Assembly: GCF_009914755.1 (NCBI RefSeq)
Contig: NC_060937.1
Source: the human T2T-CHM13v2.0 reference genome, Homo sapiens
Length of the DNA: 64,000 nucleotides
Reading direction: 5' to 3' (one strand)
Of this stretch, positions 34,292-45,984 are shown one piece after another (the first letter of the stretch is position 1; each line of letters opens with the position of its first letter). The notes beneath the pieces were generated by a model. The model was not told the origin of the DNA. It saw only the letters and a program-made list of their open reading frames with translations, and ran no database searches. Position numbers and translations under genes: made by a program.

Positions 34292-37200
34292 ATTTTTTTT
34301 ATCCTCTTTTATTTTTTAATTTTTGTTTTATGTTTGAGGGGTACATATGCAGGCTTATTACTTGGGTATATTGCGTGATGCCATGGTTTGGGGATACAAA
34401 TGATTCTGTCATCCAGGTAGTGAGCATGGTACCCAATAGTTTTTCAACACTTGCCCCCACTCCTTTCCTTCTCCCTTAGTATCCCCAATTTCTATTGTTC
34501 CCATCTTTATGTCCATGACTACCCATTGTTTAGCTCACACTTATAAGTGAAAACATGTGATATTTTGTTTTCTGTTTCTGCATTAATTTCCTTAGGAAAA
34601 TGGCCTTCAGTTTTATCTATGTTTCTGCAAAAGGCTTGATTTCATGTTTTTATGGCTGTGTTGTATTTCATGGGGTGAGTATATGTACATTTTCTTTATC
34701 CAGTCCACAGATGGGCACCTGGTTTGGTTCCATGTCTTTGCTGCTGCAAATAGTGCTACAATGAACATGTGAGTATATGTATCTTTTTGTTAGAAGGATT
34801 TGTTTTCTTTTAGATGTATAGCCGGTAATGGGATTCCTGGGATAAATAGTAGCTCTGTTTTAAGTTCTTTGAGAAATCTCCAAATTGCTTTCCACAACAG
34901 CTGAACTAATTTATTGTACATTCTCGCTAACAATGTATAAGTGTTCCCTTTACTCTACAGTCTCACAATCATCTGTTGTTTTTGACTTTTTAATAATAGC
35001 AATTCTGATTGGTGTGAGGTGGTGTCTTACTGTGGTTTTCATTTCCATTCCTCTGATGATTAGTAATGCCCAGCATTTTTTATATGTTGCCTGCTTGTAT
35101 GTCTTCTTTTGAGAAGTATCCATTCATGTCTTTGGCCCATTTTTTAATGGGGTTGTTTTTGTTTGTGTAATTGGTCAAGTTCCTTATACATGCTGGATAT
35201 TGGATTTTGTTGGATGCATAGTTGGCAAATATATCCTCCCATTCTGTAGGTTGCCTCTTTACTCTGTTGATAGTTTCTTTTGCTTGGCAGAGCTAGTTTA
35301 ATTCTTATTTTTGTTGCAGTTGTATTTCAGAACTTAGTCACAAATTCTCTCCTAAAGCTGATGTCCAGAATAGTGTTTCCCAGGTTTTCTTCTAGGATTC
35401 TATAGTTTGAGGTCTTACATTTAAGTCTTTGATCTGCCTTGAGTCAATCTGGTGTATAGTGAAAGGTAGGGGTCCAGTTTCACTCTTTTGCATATAGCTA
35501 ACCAGCTAGCAAGCTATCTCACCACCATTTGTTGAATAGGGAGTCCTTTCCTTATAGCTTATTTTTATTGACTTTGCCAAAGATAAGATGGCTTTAGGTG
35601 TATGGCTTTATTCTGGTTTCTCTATTCTGTTTCATTGAACTATGTGTTGGCTTTTGTACCAGTGCTATGCTGTTTTGGTTATTGTAGCCTTATAGCATAG
35701 TTTGAAGTCAGGTAATGTGATACCTCCAGTTATGTTCTTTTTGCTAAGATAGTTTGGCTATTTGGGCTCTTTTTTGCTTCAATATGAATTTTATAATATA
35801 TTTTCTAATTCTGTGAAAAATGTTATTGGTAGTTGAATAGGAATAACATTGAATCTGTATATAGCTTTGGGAAATATGACCATTGCAATTATATTGACTC
35901 TTCCAATCCTGAGCATGGAATTTTTTTCTACTTGTTTGTTTCATCTGTGATTTCTTTTAACAGTGTTTTGTAGATTTCTCTGTAGAGATTTTTCACTTCC
36001 TTGGTTAGATTTATTCCTAAGTGTTTTATTTTAATTGTGGCAGTTGTAAATGAGATTGCATTCCTGATTTGGCTCTCTACTTGAATGTTATTGGTGTGTA
36101 GAAATGTTACTGATTACCGTATATTGGTTTTGTATTCTGAAACTTTATTGCAGTTGTTAATCAGTCCCAGGAGCTTTTGGCAGAGTCCATAGGGTGTCAT
36201 AGGTATAGAATCATATCATCAGCAAAGGGAGATAGCTTGGCATCTTCTTTTCTTATTTGAATGTTTTTATTTCTTTCTCTCGCCTGATAGCTCTGGCTAG
36301 CACTTCCAATCCTGCGTTGAAGAAGGGTGGTGAGAGTGGGCATCCTTGTCTTGTTGCAGTTTTCAAGGAGAATGCTTCCAGTTTTTTTCCATTCCGTACA
36401 ATGTTGGCTATGGCTCGTATTTTTTTGAAGTATAGATGGTTCGTATTATTTTGAAGTATGTTCCCTTGATGATTATTTTCTTGAGGTTCTTATCATGAAG
36501 GAGTATTCAATTTTATTGAAAACTTTTTCTGCATCTATTTAGATGATCATGTGGATTTTGTTTTTAATTTTGTTCATGAAATGAGTCACATTTATTGATT
36601 TGCATATGTTAAGATAACCTCACATCCCAGCAATGAAGCTTACTTGATTGTGACAAATTAACTTTTTGATGTGTTGTTGGATTCAGTTTGTTAATATTTT
36701 GTTGAGGATATTTGTTTCTATGTTCATCAGGGATATTTACCTTTAAATTTTTTGTTGTTGTTGTGTCTTTGCCAAGTTTTAGTATTAAGGTGATGCTGGC
36801 TTCATATAATGAGTTTGGGAGGAGTCCCTTCTCCTTGATGTTATGAAATAATTTCAGTAGAATTGGTACCAGCTATACAAAGTATAGCTGGTACATTTTG
36901 ATGGTGAATCCATCTGGTCTGGGGCTTTTTTTGATTGGTTGATTTTTTATTACTGTTTCAATTTTAGAACTCAATATTGGTCTGTTCATGATTTCAGTTT
37001 CTTCCTAATTCAATAATAGAGACTATGTGTTTCCAGGAATTTATCCATTTTTTCTAGATTTTGTAGTTTGTGTGATAAAGCTATTCATAGTAGTCACTGA
37101 GGATCTTTTGTATTTCTGTGGGATCAGTTGTAATGACACTTACGTCATTTCTGATTGTGCTTACTTGGTTATTCTCTTTTACTTGTTAATCTGACTAGTG

Positions 37201-40200
37201 GTCAATTGATTTTGTGTATCTTTTAAAAGAAGCATGTTTTGGTTCCATTGATTCTTTTTATGGATTTCTGGGTCTCAGTATCATTTAATTCTACTCTGAT
37301 TTTTGTTATCTCTTTTCTTCTGCTAGCTTTGCAGTTAATTTGTTCTGGTTTTTTTAGTCCCTCTAGGTGTGATGTTAAATCATTTATTTGAGATCTTTGT
37401 AACCGTTTGAGGTAGGTGTTTAGCACTATGAACTTTTTTCTAACACTGCTTTTGCTGGATCCCAGCTGGTATGCTGTGACTGTGTTTTCATTTATTTCAA
37501 ATAATTGTTTTATTTTTGTATTAATTTCATTGTTAGCACAAAAGTCATTCAGGAGAAAGTTGTTTAATTTCCATATAGTTGTGAGATGTAATGGTTTTGA
37601 AAGATCTTGGTATTGATGTCTATGTTTATTCCACTGTTGCACAAAAGTATGGTTGGTATGATTGCAACTTTTTTTACTTTACTGAGACTTGCTTGTGGCG
37701 ATCTTGGAGTATGTTCCCTGTGCAGACAGGAAGAATGTATATTCTGTGTTTGATGGGTGGAGCATCCTCCAGATGTCTTTTAGGTCTTATTGGCCAAGTG
37801 CTGAGTTTAAGTCCAGTATTTGTAAGTTTTCTTCCTTGATGATCTGTTTAATGCTGACCTTGGGATTTGAGGTCTGTGAATATTATTACGTGGCTGTCTA
37901 AGATTTTTTGTAAGTCTAGAAGTGTTAGTTTCACAAATTTGGGTTCCCCAATGTTGAGTGCATATATATTTATGACAGTTAAGCCTTCTTGTTGAACTGA
38001 AGTTTTTATGATTATGTAATGCCCTTTTTCGTCCTTTTTTAATGTTGTTAAAGTCTGTTTTATCTGATATCTGAATAGTGACCACTGCTCTTTTTTGTTT
38101 TCCATTTGTGTGGTAGATCTTTCTTGAACCCTTTACTTTAAGCCTATTGGTGTTTTTACAAGTGAGATGGGTCTCCTGAAGATAGAAGATAGTTGCGTCT
38201 TATTTTTTAAATCCAACTTGCACCTACGTGCCTTTTAAGTGGGTTGTTTCCACCATTTACATTCAAGGTTAACATTGATATGTGAGGTTTTGATTAGATT
38301 GTGAAGATGTTAGCTGGTTGCTTTGTAGTTTCTATTGTGTGGTTGCTTTATAGGGTCTGTGGACTATATATTTCAGTGTGTTTTTGTGGTAGCAGGTATT
38401 GTTCTTTTGTTTCCATGTTTAGAACTCCCTTAAGGATCTCTTATAAGGTTTGCCTAGTGGTAATTCATTTCCTTAGCACTTATTTTTCTGGAAAAAATTA
38501 TAATTTATCTTTCTTTTATAAAGTTTAGTTTTGTGTGATATAAAATTATTACTCGGAATTTCTTTTCTGTAAGAATGCTAAAAATACTTCCCCAATATCT
38601 CTTGGCTTGTAAAGTGTCTACTGAGAAGTGTGCCATTAGCGTGATAAGAATTTGACCTTTTTCCTCTAGCTGAGTTTAAGATATTTTCTTTTGGCCAGGC
38701 ACAGTGGCTTACGCCTATAACCCCAGAACTTTGGGATGCTGAGGTGGGCGGATCGCCTGAGGTCAGCAGTTCCAGACCAGCCTGCCCAACATGGAGAAAC
38801 CCTGTCTCTACTAAAAATACAAAAAATTAGCTGGGTGTGGTGGCGGGCACCTGTAATCCCAGCTACTCAGGAGGCTGAGGCAGGAGAATCGCTTGATTCT
38901 TCTGAACCCAGGATGCGCTTGAACCCAGATCCGCTTGAACCCAGGATGCGAAGGTTGCAGTGAGCCAGGATTGCTCCACTGCACTCCAACCTGGGCGATA
39001 AGACTGAAACTCCGTCTCAAAGAAAAAAAAAAAAAGATACTTTCTTTGGACAGTCTAGTGACTCTATGCCTTGGTGATGTTTATTTTGAATAGTATCTCA
39101 AAAGTGTTCTCTGAATTTCTTCCATCTGGATATCTACCTCTCTGACAAGATTGGGGAAATTTTCTTGGATTATTCTCTCAACTATGATTTCCAGGTTGTT
39201 TACTTTTTCTTCTCTCTGAGAAATGCCAATAATTTATATTTAGTTTTTCTTTACATAATTCCATATTTCTTGAAGATTTTGTTCATATTTTTAAATTACT
39301 TTTTCTATTTTTGTCTGACTAGGTTAGTTCTACAGATTAGTCTTCAAGCTCTGAAATTACTTCTTCTGTTTGGTCTGGCCTATTGAAAAAGCTTTCAATT
39401 GTATTCTGAAATTCCTTAACTGAGTTTTTGAATTCGAGAAGCTCTGATTAATTTCTTTTTAATATGTGTATCTCTTCCTTCATTTCCTGGATTGCTTTAA
39501 AAGTTTTGTTGTGTTACTTTTCAGCCTTGTCTCGGTTCTTGTTGACCTTGCTTGCAATCCATGCTTTAAATTATTTATCTGTCATTTCTGAGTTTAAATT
39601 TGCTTAGGGGCCATTTCTGGTAAGCTAATGTGGCCTTTTCATGCTATCACTACATTCTGATTTTTCATAGTGCAAGAATTCTTGCATTCGTTTTATCTCA
39701 TCTGAAGATACTTGCACTTCTAATTTTTCTAATTATTTTCACATAGGTACAATTTTTTTTGTTTTTATTTTCTTATAGTACTATTTTTATTTTTTCTTTT
39801 CCTTTCCTTTTTCTCCCTTCCCTAAGGGGAGCAAATGTAGAGAATGGTGGGTAGGTTATTTTGACCTTGTCTCTGTAGATCTAGGCACTTCTATCAGCAG
39901 GTTTTATATTGGGCTATGCAGTTCAACCTATAAGCTAGTAGATGGCACTTATAGGTATAAGCCAGCTGCAACAAACACAGCTGTGTACATATTTGATCTT
40001 TGTTTGCTGGCAGAGGCTCTTTGTTTCCTCAGACAATGAGCTGATTCATGGAGTGCACAGTGGCCTGGGCTCCCTCTTAGGCCCCGGTGGGGAGAGCACA
40101 AGTGAGAGAGGTGGGAATTGACCAGGCAGATCTGCCTACAGGTTTCCTGAGGGCCAGCACAAGCACTAGCACTAAGGGAGAATACAATGGGCAGTCCACC

Positions 40201-40445
40201 AAGTGCTCAGAGGTGTGCCTAGGTGTGAAGCTGGGAATCTCTCTTGGCCCTACATTCTCTGCACAGGGAAGTGGAGGAGGGCTAAAATCCTAATCCAAGA
40301 GAGTGGGTATTCCATATGCCTGGAGATTTGCCTCAGTGTGGAGCAGAAAGGGGAGCTCTATATCGAGATCTCTGCACAGGAATGGTGGGGTAACTCAGGC
40401 TGCTCAACCGGGCAAGCAAGTGCTCTGAATGCCTGGAAATCTTCT
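34292..40445 (-). mobile_element. Near full-length L1 (L1PA15/16-like): 3'UTR, ORF2, ORF1, partial 5'UTR; interrupted by Alu
   Basis: 3' end GGGGTACATATGCAGG...TTGCGTGATG; ORF2 endonuclease peptides (37807-38105, 37223-37642); ORF1-like sequence ~38300-39700; 5'UTR repeats TCTCTGCACAGG and TGCCTGGA. Confidence 0.92.
38693..39035 (+). mobile_element. AluS (Sq/Sp-like) with 42-bp internal insertion
   Basis: Full dimer; TSD AAGATA(T/C)TTTCTTT at 38678-38691 and 39034-39047. Confidence 0.95.
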
Positions 40446-40988
40446 GTGCCTTTTTAAATTTTAATCGAGAGCCCTTACCTACAAAAACAATTCAACTTTC
40501 ACTTATACTCTCCTACCCATGTGGTTAATCCCTAGATCTTAAACTCAGTTTATTTGCATTTCCTTGTGGCTAATCGAGATCATAATTATATTAAATGTGT
40601 CAAAGGAAACCCTGTGACTTTCCCATTTGGTTTTAATCATTTGTAACCATTTAGTCGTTTCTGCTACATGTTATATTCAACAGTACTCAGCAACAACCCA
40701 CAAATGCTATTATCCTTATAAACACTACTTCCCTGAATAAACATATTAAAAATAAATCATAATAAATATATAGAACATATAAAGACATTTTCATATATTT
40801 TACTATAAAATATTAAAAACATGTTTAACAAACATTAAATTTTAAATTTTATTTAGTTTTAAATTAAATAAACAAATTAAAAAGATAAACATTAAAAAGA
40901 AATCAATCAGAGCTTCTGAAATTGAAAAACTCACTTAAAGAATTTCCAAATACAGTTGAAAGCTTTTACAGTGCTTAGTTATTTCACC

Positions 40989-41580
40989 TGTGACAGCTTT
41001 ATATTGTGTCAACTTGGTTAGGCTAAAGTATGCTTCCCAGAACTCCCTTTCCTTTAAGCTTCTGGTTAGTGTGGTCCACAGATATATTTTTCAGTGAGAT
41101 TTCAGAGGAAGACTTGAAACAGAATATTTTTGTTGTTTTTGTCGTTGCTGTTGCTTTCTTTGCTTTCAGAAATGCAGTGGAAGTGCCTTTGTAACTCATA
41201 CATGTCACGTATCTGCTGGCTTACTTTTATTGGCATGGAACAGCAGCCATGAGTATAAATTCTCCATTTCACCCACATTCCTCCTTCAACTTAACTGACT
41301 CCTGAGCCAGATTTCTCTATAATTTCATGACATAGGTTGTCAGTTTCTCCTCTAGGAAAGTTATTTCACAAAGAACATAAGTAGAGGCAGCTGGCATGTG
41401 TTCTCCTGAGTTCCTGCTCTTACTTATCTTTTTTTAAGGGCCTGACCTGTGGACTTAAAGTTCCTTGTCAACTATAAAAACAACAGCTTTCATATACAAT
41501 TGGGTGAGATCAAATCCCAGTAGCACCTTTACTATGTATACCTCCTACTGGTTCTTCCCTGGTTAAATCCTGACTGATAA
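40989..41580 (+). mobile_element. ERVL LTR (LTR50/LTR52-like)
   Basis: TGTGACAGCTTTATATTGTGTCAACTTGGTTAGGC...TTCCCAGAACTCCC; ends CCTGACTGATAA. Confidence 0.6.
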
Positions 41581-41584
41581 AGCC

Positions 41585-42640
41585 TCCACCGGTGTAATAT
41601 ATCATTCTAGTTTACCACATTAATTATTTCAACAGAGTCATTGCTGTAAAATGTCACAGTTTGTTGGTAATGAGATCCTAATTCCCATTTCATTATCAGC
41701 ATATCCAGCCACAAAATCCTATCATGGAATCTGGTTCATCATACCACTCATAGCACATGCTTTCTGATGAGCTTTCCTCAGAAATAATCTTTAATACAGA
41801 CAATTGCCTATAGGAATTGTATTAATGAGTGCTTTCAAGGAAAATCACTGCAGTGGAATGAAGGAATCAGAACTGGGCAGAGTAAAAAAGTTTATATAGA
41901 GTGAGATTGCAACACAAGTCACAGTTCATCCCACAGGGAGATCTGGAGCTGGGACAGATCTTCAGATTATCAAGAATGGTGAAGAGTCTGAGATTTTACT
42001 GTATTTGCAAGCTAACAAGTTATTCCCTTACAGTTTTATTGAGGCTGGCAGAGACATGAGACTCCTTGGTCAGAGAACAAGCATTTTGCTATTCACAATG
42101 AACGTTATGAGCACTGGAATACTTGTGTCAGTTTTCCTTGCCAAGTTCCATGGGGCAATGCATTAGAAAAAGATGGATGGCTGCATATGAAGTAAGTTGA
42201 ACTTAAGGAAATAAAATCTTATATACTGGCAATAAATATGACTGTACATTGCTAGTGAAGGAGATACTATCTCTATCTTCCAAGACTTTAAATAAACCTT
42301 CCCTTTTTTCACAGAAAATTGTCCTATCTCTATCTTCCAAGTTAGTTCAATGTGCACATATCTTTAGCTAGTTAATGCCTCTGTTTGCAAGATGTGCAAA
42401 TGAGATGGACTGCCATGAGGAATTGTCTCACCAAAAAGAGTTCTCATAGATGAGAAAAGGGGCTGGCCTTCGAAACCTTTTAATAACTAATCATTAGATA
42501 CACACTGCCCTTTCAGCTGATTGAAATATCCGAGAGATACTCGACTGTGAGTCATTGACAGCTAACAGTTCTCTTGGCTAGGGGAATAGTAATTTGGTCT
42601 GGGAGCTGGGAGTCTTGTGTATTATCCTACAGCATGGACT
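41585..42640 (-). mobile_element. LTR16A-like 5' LTR (~41760-42640) plus start of ERVL internal (~41585-41760)
   Basis: GAACTGGGCAGAG...CATCCCACAGGGAGATCTGGAGCTGGGA. Minus strand past the LTR reads GTGCTATGAGTGGT...GGATTTTGTGGCTGGAT, like an ERVL internal start. Confidence 0.6.
42000..42440 (-). mobile_element. Nested ERVL LTR (MER54/MER74/LTR53 group)
   Basis: GCAAGCTAACAAGTTA...GCTGGCAGAGACATGAGACTCCTTGGTCAGAG; internal repeat CTATCTCTATCTTCCAAG x2. Confidence 0.5.
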
Positions 42641-43289
42641 ACATGATGAGAAGATGTCATTCTACAAACTATTATCATTTTGCCTTATCTTGTTAATTCA
42701 TTAACCAAAGACCACACAGATATGTATCATCATATATCATCTGATGTTCCCTTTTATCTTTTTAATTTTATCCCTTTTATCTTCATTTTATCCTACTCAC
42801 AGTTTGAATGCATGCCATTTAATTTGTAGATAGTTCTATTCTAGTGCATCTTCTTAGAATAGTTATTCTAGAATAGTTATTCTATTCTAGTGTGTCTTTT
42901 TATTTTGATAGTATGCAAGTTGTTAGAATAAACATTCTTTTCCTTGCTGCATCAAATAAACAGATGGCTGTTTTGAAACTGTGAAATATGAGCATAATTA
43001 AATAAATTCAGAGACAATCACGCATTTACTTTTAGTTTCTAACATAGCTTTATCTATGCCTACAAATATATTTGATTTTCCAAATGATATTATCGACTTA
43101 TTTTCATTTGTCAAATAGCTTAATCTAAACCAGACAATGAAATTTAATATGTTATAGAAATGTCTCACTGTAGTTGAGAGAAAAAATTACTGAAGACCCA
43201 AGTGTTTCTTAAAAACTTGGGGAAACTTCAATTTCCATGATTTTCACCGGTATTATATAACAGAGCTTCACAGTTACAATTTTTTTATT

Positions 43290-43470
43290 GCCAGATATGT
43301 TTGTACATTTGAATCATCATGGAGATGTTTTAAAAAACAGATTCTTAAATCAATAACAATTGAATATCGAAAAAGTACTCACATATTTTTTTTTATCAGG
43401 CCAGGAAGTATGTGTTTTTTCAAAAGTTCTTCAAGTAATTCTGATTATCAGTCAAGTCTTGGAAACATCA
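43290..43470. mobile_element. MER5-like hAT MITE
   Basis: ACATTTGAATCATCATGGAGA...AAAAGTTCTTCAAGTAATTCTGAT...GTCAAGTCTTGGAAAC. Confidence 0.55.
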
Positions 43471-44094
43471 GATTACATGAATCAATCAAACTCTTATGTT
43501 ACATGAACTATCATAACATACAGGATAATTTTAAGACCCTGTGTCAAGAAAGATCTCATAACATTTAAGACAAAAAGAGTGTCTACTTAGAAAATAATAT
43601 TAATGATCATAAAACTTCTTGCCAAACGTTATCTAGAAAAGTAGCACCAGGGCCCAGTGGAGGACATGTCCTATCCTTTAAAAAGATAAACAAGCAAAAA
43701 AATAAGTGGAGTTGGGGGGGCTACATTTTTATAATGAAAACAATATCAATATATGTTAATATAAGTAATGTTAAAAATTAATTCACTTTTGCTATATTCT
43801 TGAGTATTTCTGAGTCTGAATTAAAAAATAGTATTTACATTAATATTATTTGAAATACAGCTAGATGCAAAATATATATTAATCTAAGGCATGTTTATTA
43901 TACTTCTACTATTTTTCTAGTTACTGAGTTAGTTACTATCAATACAATGTACAATATAAAAAATTCGAAAGGATCCCCTCATCCATTAAGCTAGACAAAA
44001 AAGGAAAAGGATTTTTGTTTGTTTGTTTTTGTTTTGATGTTGAGGAACTGACTTGCATAAGTACTTGCTTCATCCATTTAAGTCATTCTTAGAT

Positions 44095-44200
44095 ACTCCA
44101 GGGCAGGTTTCCTCAGAAACAGACTCAGAGACAGACAATAGCAGAAACTGTACTGAAGAGAACTTTCAGGAACATCACTATGATAAAATAAGGAAGTCAG
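44095..44200 (-). mobile_element. LTR16-family fragment
   Basis: GGTTTCCTCAGAAACAGACTCAGAGACAGA is the antisense LTR16 3' end. Confidence 0.45.
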
Positions 44201-45082
44201 TAATTTATCTTATTTTGGATTTTTTTCTCTAGACTAGATAATCTAAAATAAATAAATTCAGCCTGGAATAGGCTATAGGTAAGAGAGGCAATTCCATTTG
44301 GAGTGTGAAGGCCAGAGTCAATATTTTTCTGTTTTTTGATTTTTTTGTCAGACATATCATTATGTATTTTAATTTAGTTTTATTACGTTTAAAAACTGTC
44401 TCCTTTAAAAATACTGTTATGCAATTTTCTTTAAAAAATCAGACTAAAAATTAAATACATACACATATAAATGAATTAACAGCATGACTGTATAAACTCA
44501 TGATATATTTTGTGTAAAAGAGACCTTTATATTATTTGAGATGTAAGGTAATTTACCAATTTACCTAATGGAAATATTTGATTGAAAAGCACATTAGAAT
44601 ATTTGTTTTTTTCCCCAAGAATATACATATTTGTGTATGAGAGATTTTATTAAAGACTATAAAAATTGAAATAAGAATTTTGTGTTTTGAAAATATTTTA
44701 TATAAATAATAAATAATTGTTTTATAAAAATAAGAAAATTTTAAATATTCTGAGCAAAAGAGAATATTTTAGAAAGAGCAAACATTATTATCTAAGATCC
44801 ACAAACCTTCAGCCAAAACTAGTCATAAGTTTAGTGTAGCTATGCATTAGATATTGAGAAATCATAAAAATTTAATAATGAGAAATTTGTATTCACATTT
44901 CTCTGAGTTAATGATTCTCACTAACATATGCTATGATCAGGTAGTCTTAATTTGATATTTGCAATCATTGGCATTTAAATATTTTTGAACCTACTAAATA
45001 CAGCCTACTCACAAGTTACGATAAAACTTCCTGCTTGGGTCAGAACTGAGGTTCCCTTCTGACTTCATGGTGTTAGGCAACA

Positions 45083-45096
45083 CTGCCGCCTAGAGG
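45083..45096 (-). promoter_or_regulatory. Candidate CTCF motif
   Basis: Minus strand CCTCTAGGCGGCAG vs core CC(A/T)(G/C)(C/T)AG(G/A)(G/T)GGC(A/G)(G/C); one off-consensus base; motif match only. Confidence 0.3.
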
Positions 45097-45984
45097 TATT
45101 ATGATTATTCCTAGTGGACAAGGTTTCTACTAGGAAAGGCTCAGAAAATGTATTTACGCTTAAGCAATGTTAAGAACATGTTAAATGGATATGTAGCTAC
45201 TTTATGTGACGTGTGAGATATCTAAGAACCCTATGAAAGAAGAAGTGGAAGTTTATTAACAATCGGAGTGCAAGCAAATACTGATAAGTACATGTTCTTA
45301 AGAAGTTCTGGTGAAAGTTGAACCAGGTTTGACTGTCAAAAGAAACAACGGCTTCTACATTGTGTGACTGACGTTGGGAATCGCCCTAATCGACTACTCC
45401 CTGATATGATTGTGCATTTTGTAAGGAAGGAGTCAGTTCTGTAAAAGAAAGAGCTTTCTTAGTATCAGAGTTTGCAATTTTATGCTGCAACTTTACCTAA
45501 GGAGCAGTTTATCAGAATCTGGAAGGCAATTTATCACTAGATCAAAAGTGGAGAGTATCAGAGGTCAGTGGTAGAAAAAAGTTTGATTATCATTCAAGAG
45601 GAACACGAGGGTAAAATAGCAAAGATGAATAGTGGAGAAACTTCCACAATTGCAGGTGATGGATTTGTTTTCACTAGGACAATCCATGCCCAAAATATGT
45701 AAGAGAAATAATTTTTCATTAAGATTTACAGATGAATGGCAATTTTCCAAAAATGTTAACCTGGTTAGGGTAGTCTTGGAGAATATTCACTTTTTGACAC
45801 CCAAAATAGAAAAAGTTCAAAATGCTGAAATTCAGCATAATACAAAATGTAATAGGAAATGTCTGTAGCTGATAGTCGATGGAGAAAAGGAAAGAGGTTA
45901 CTTATTTTCTCAGAAGCATCACTGTGATTATTATTATTATAAAGTTCCCTAGAACCATACTGAGAAGTGGGAAATGTCCAAGGT

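Noticed and set aside
38891-38950. Short spaced repeats as a CRISPR-like array
   Set aside because: Eukaryotic Alu context, irregular spacing, no unique spacers, no cas genes.
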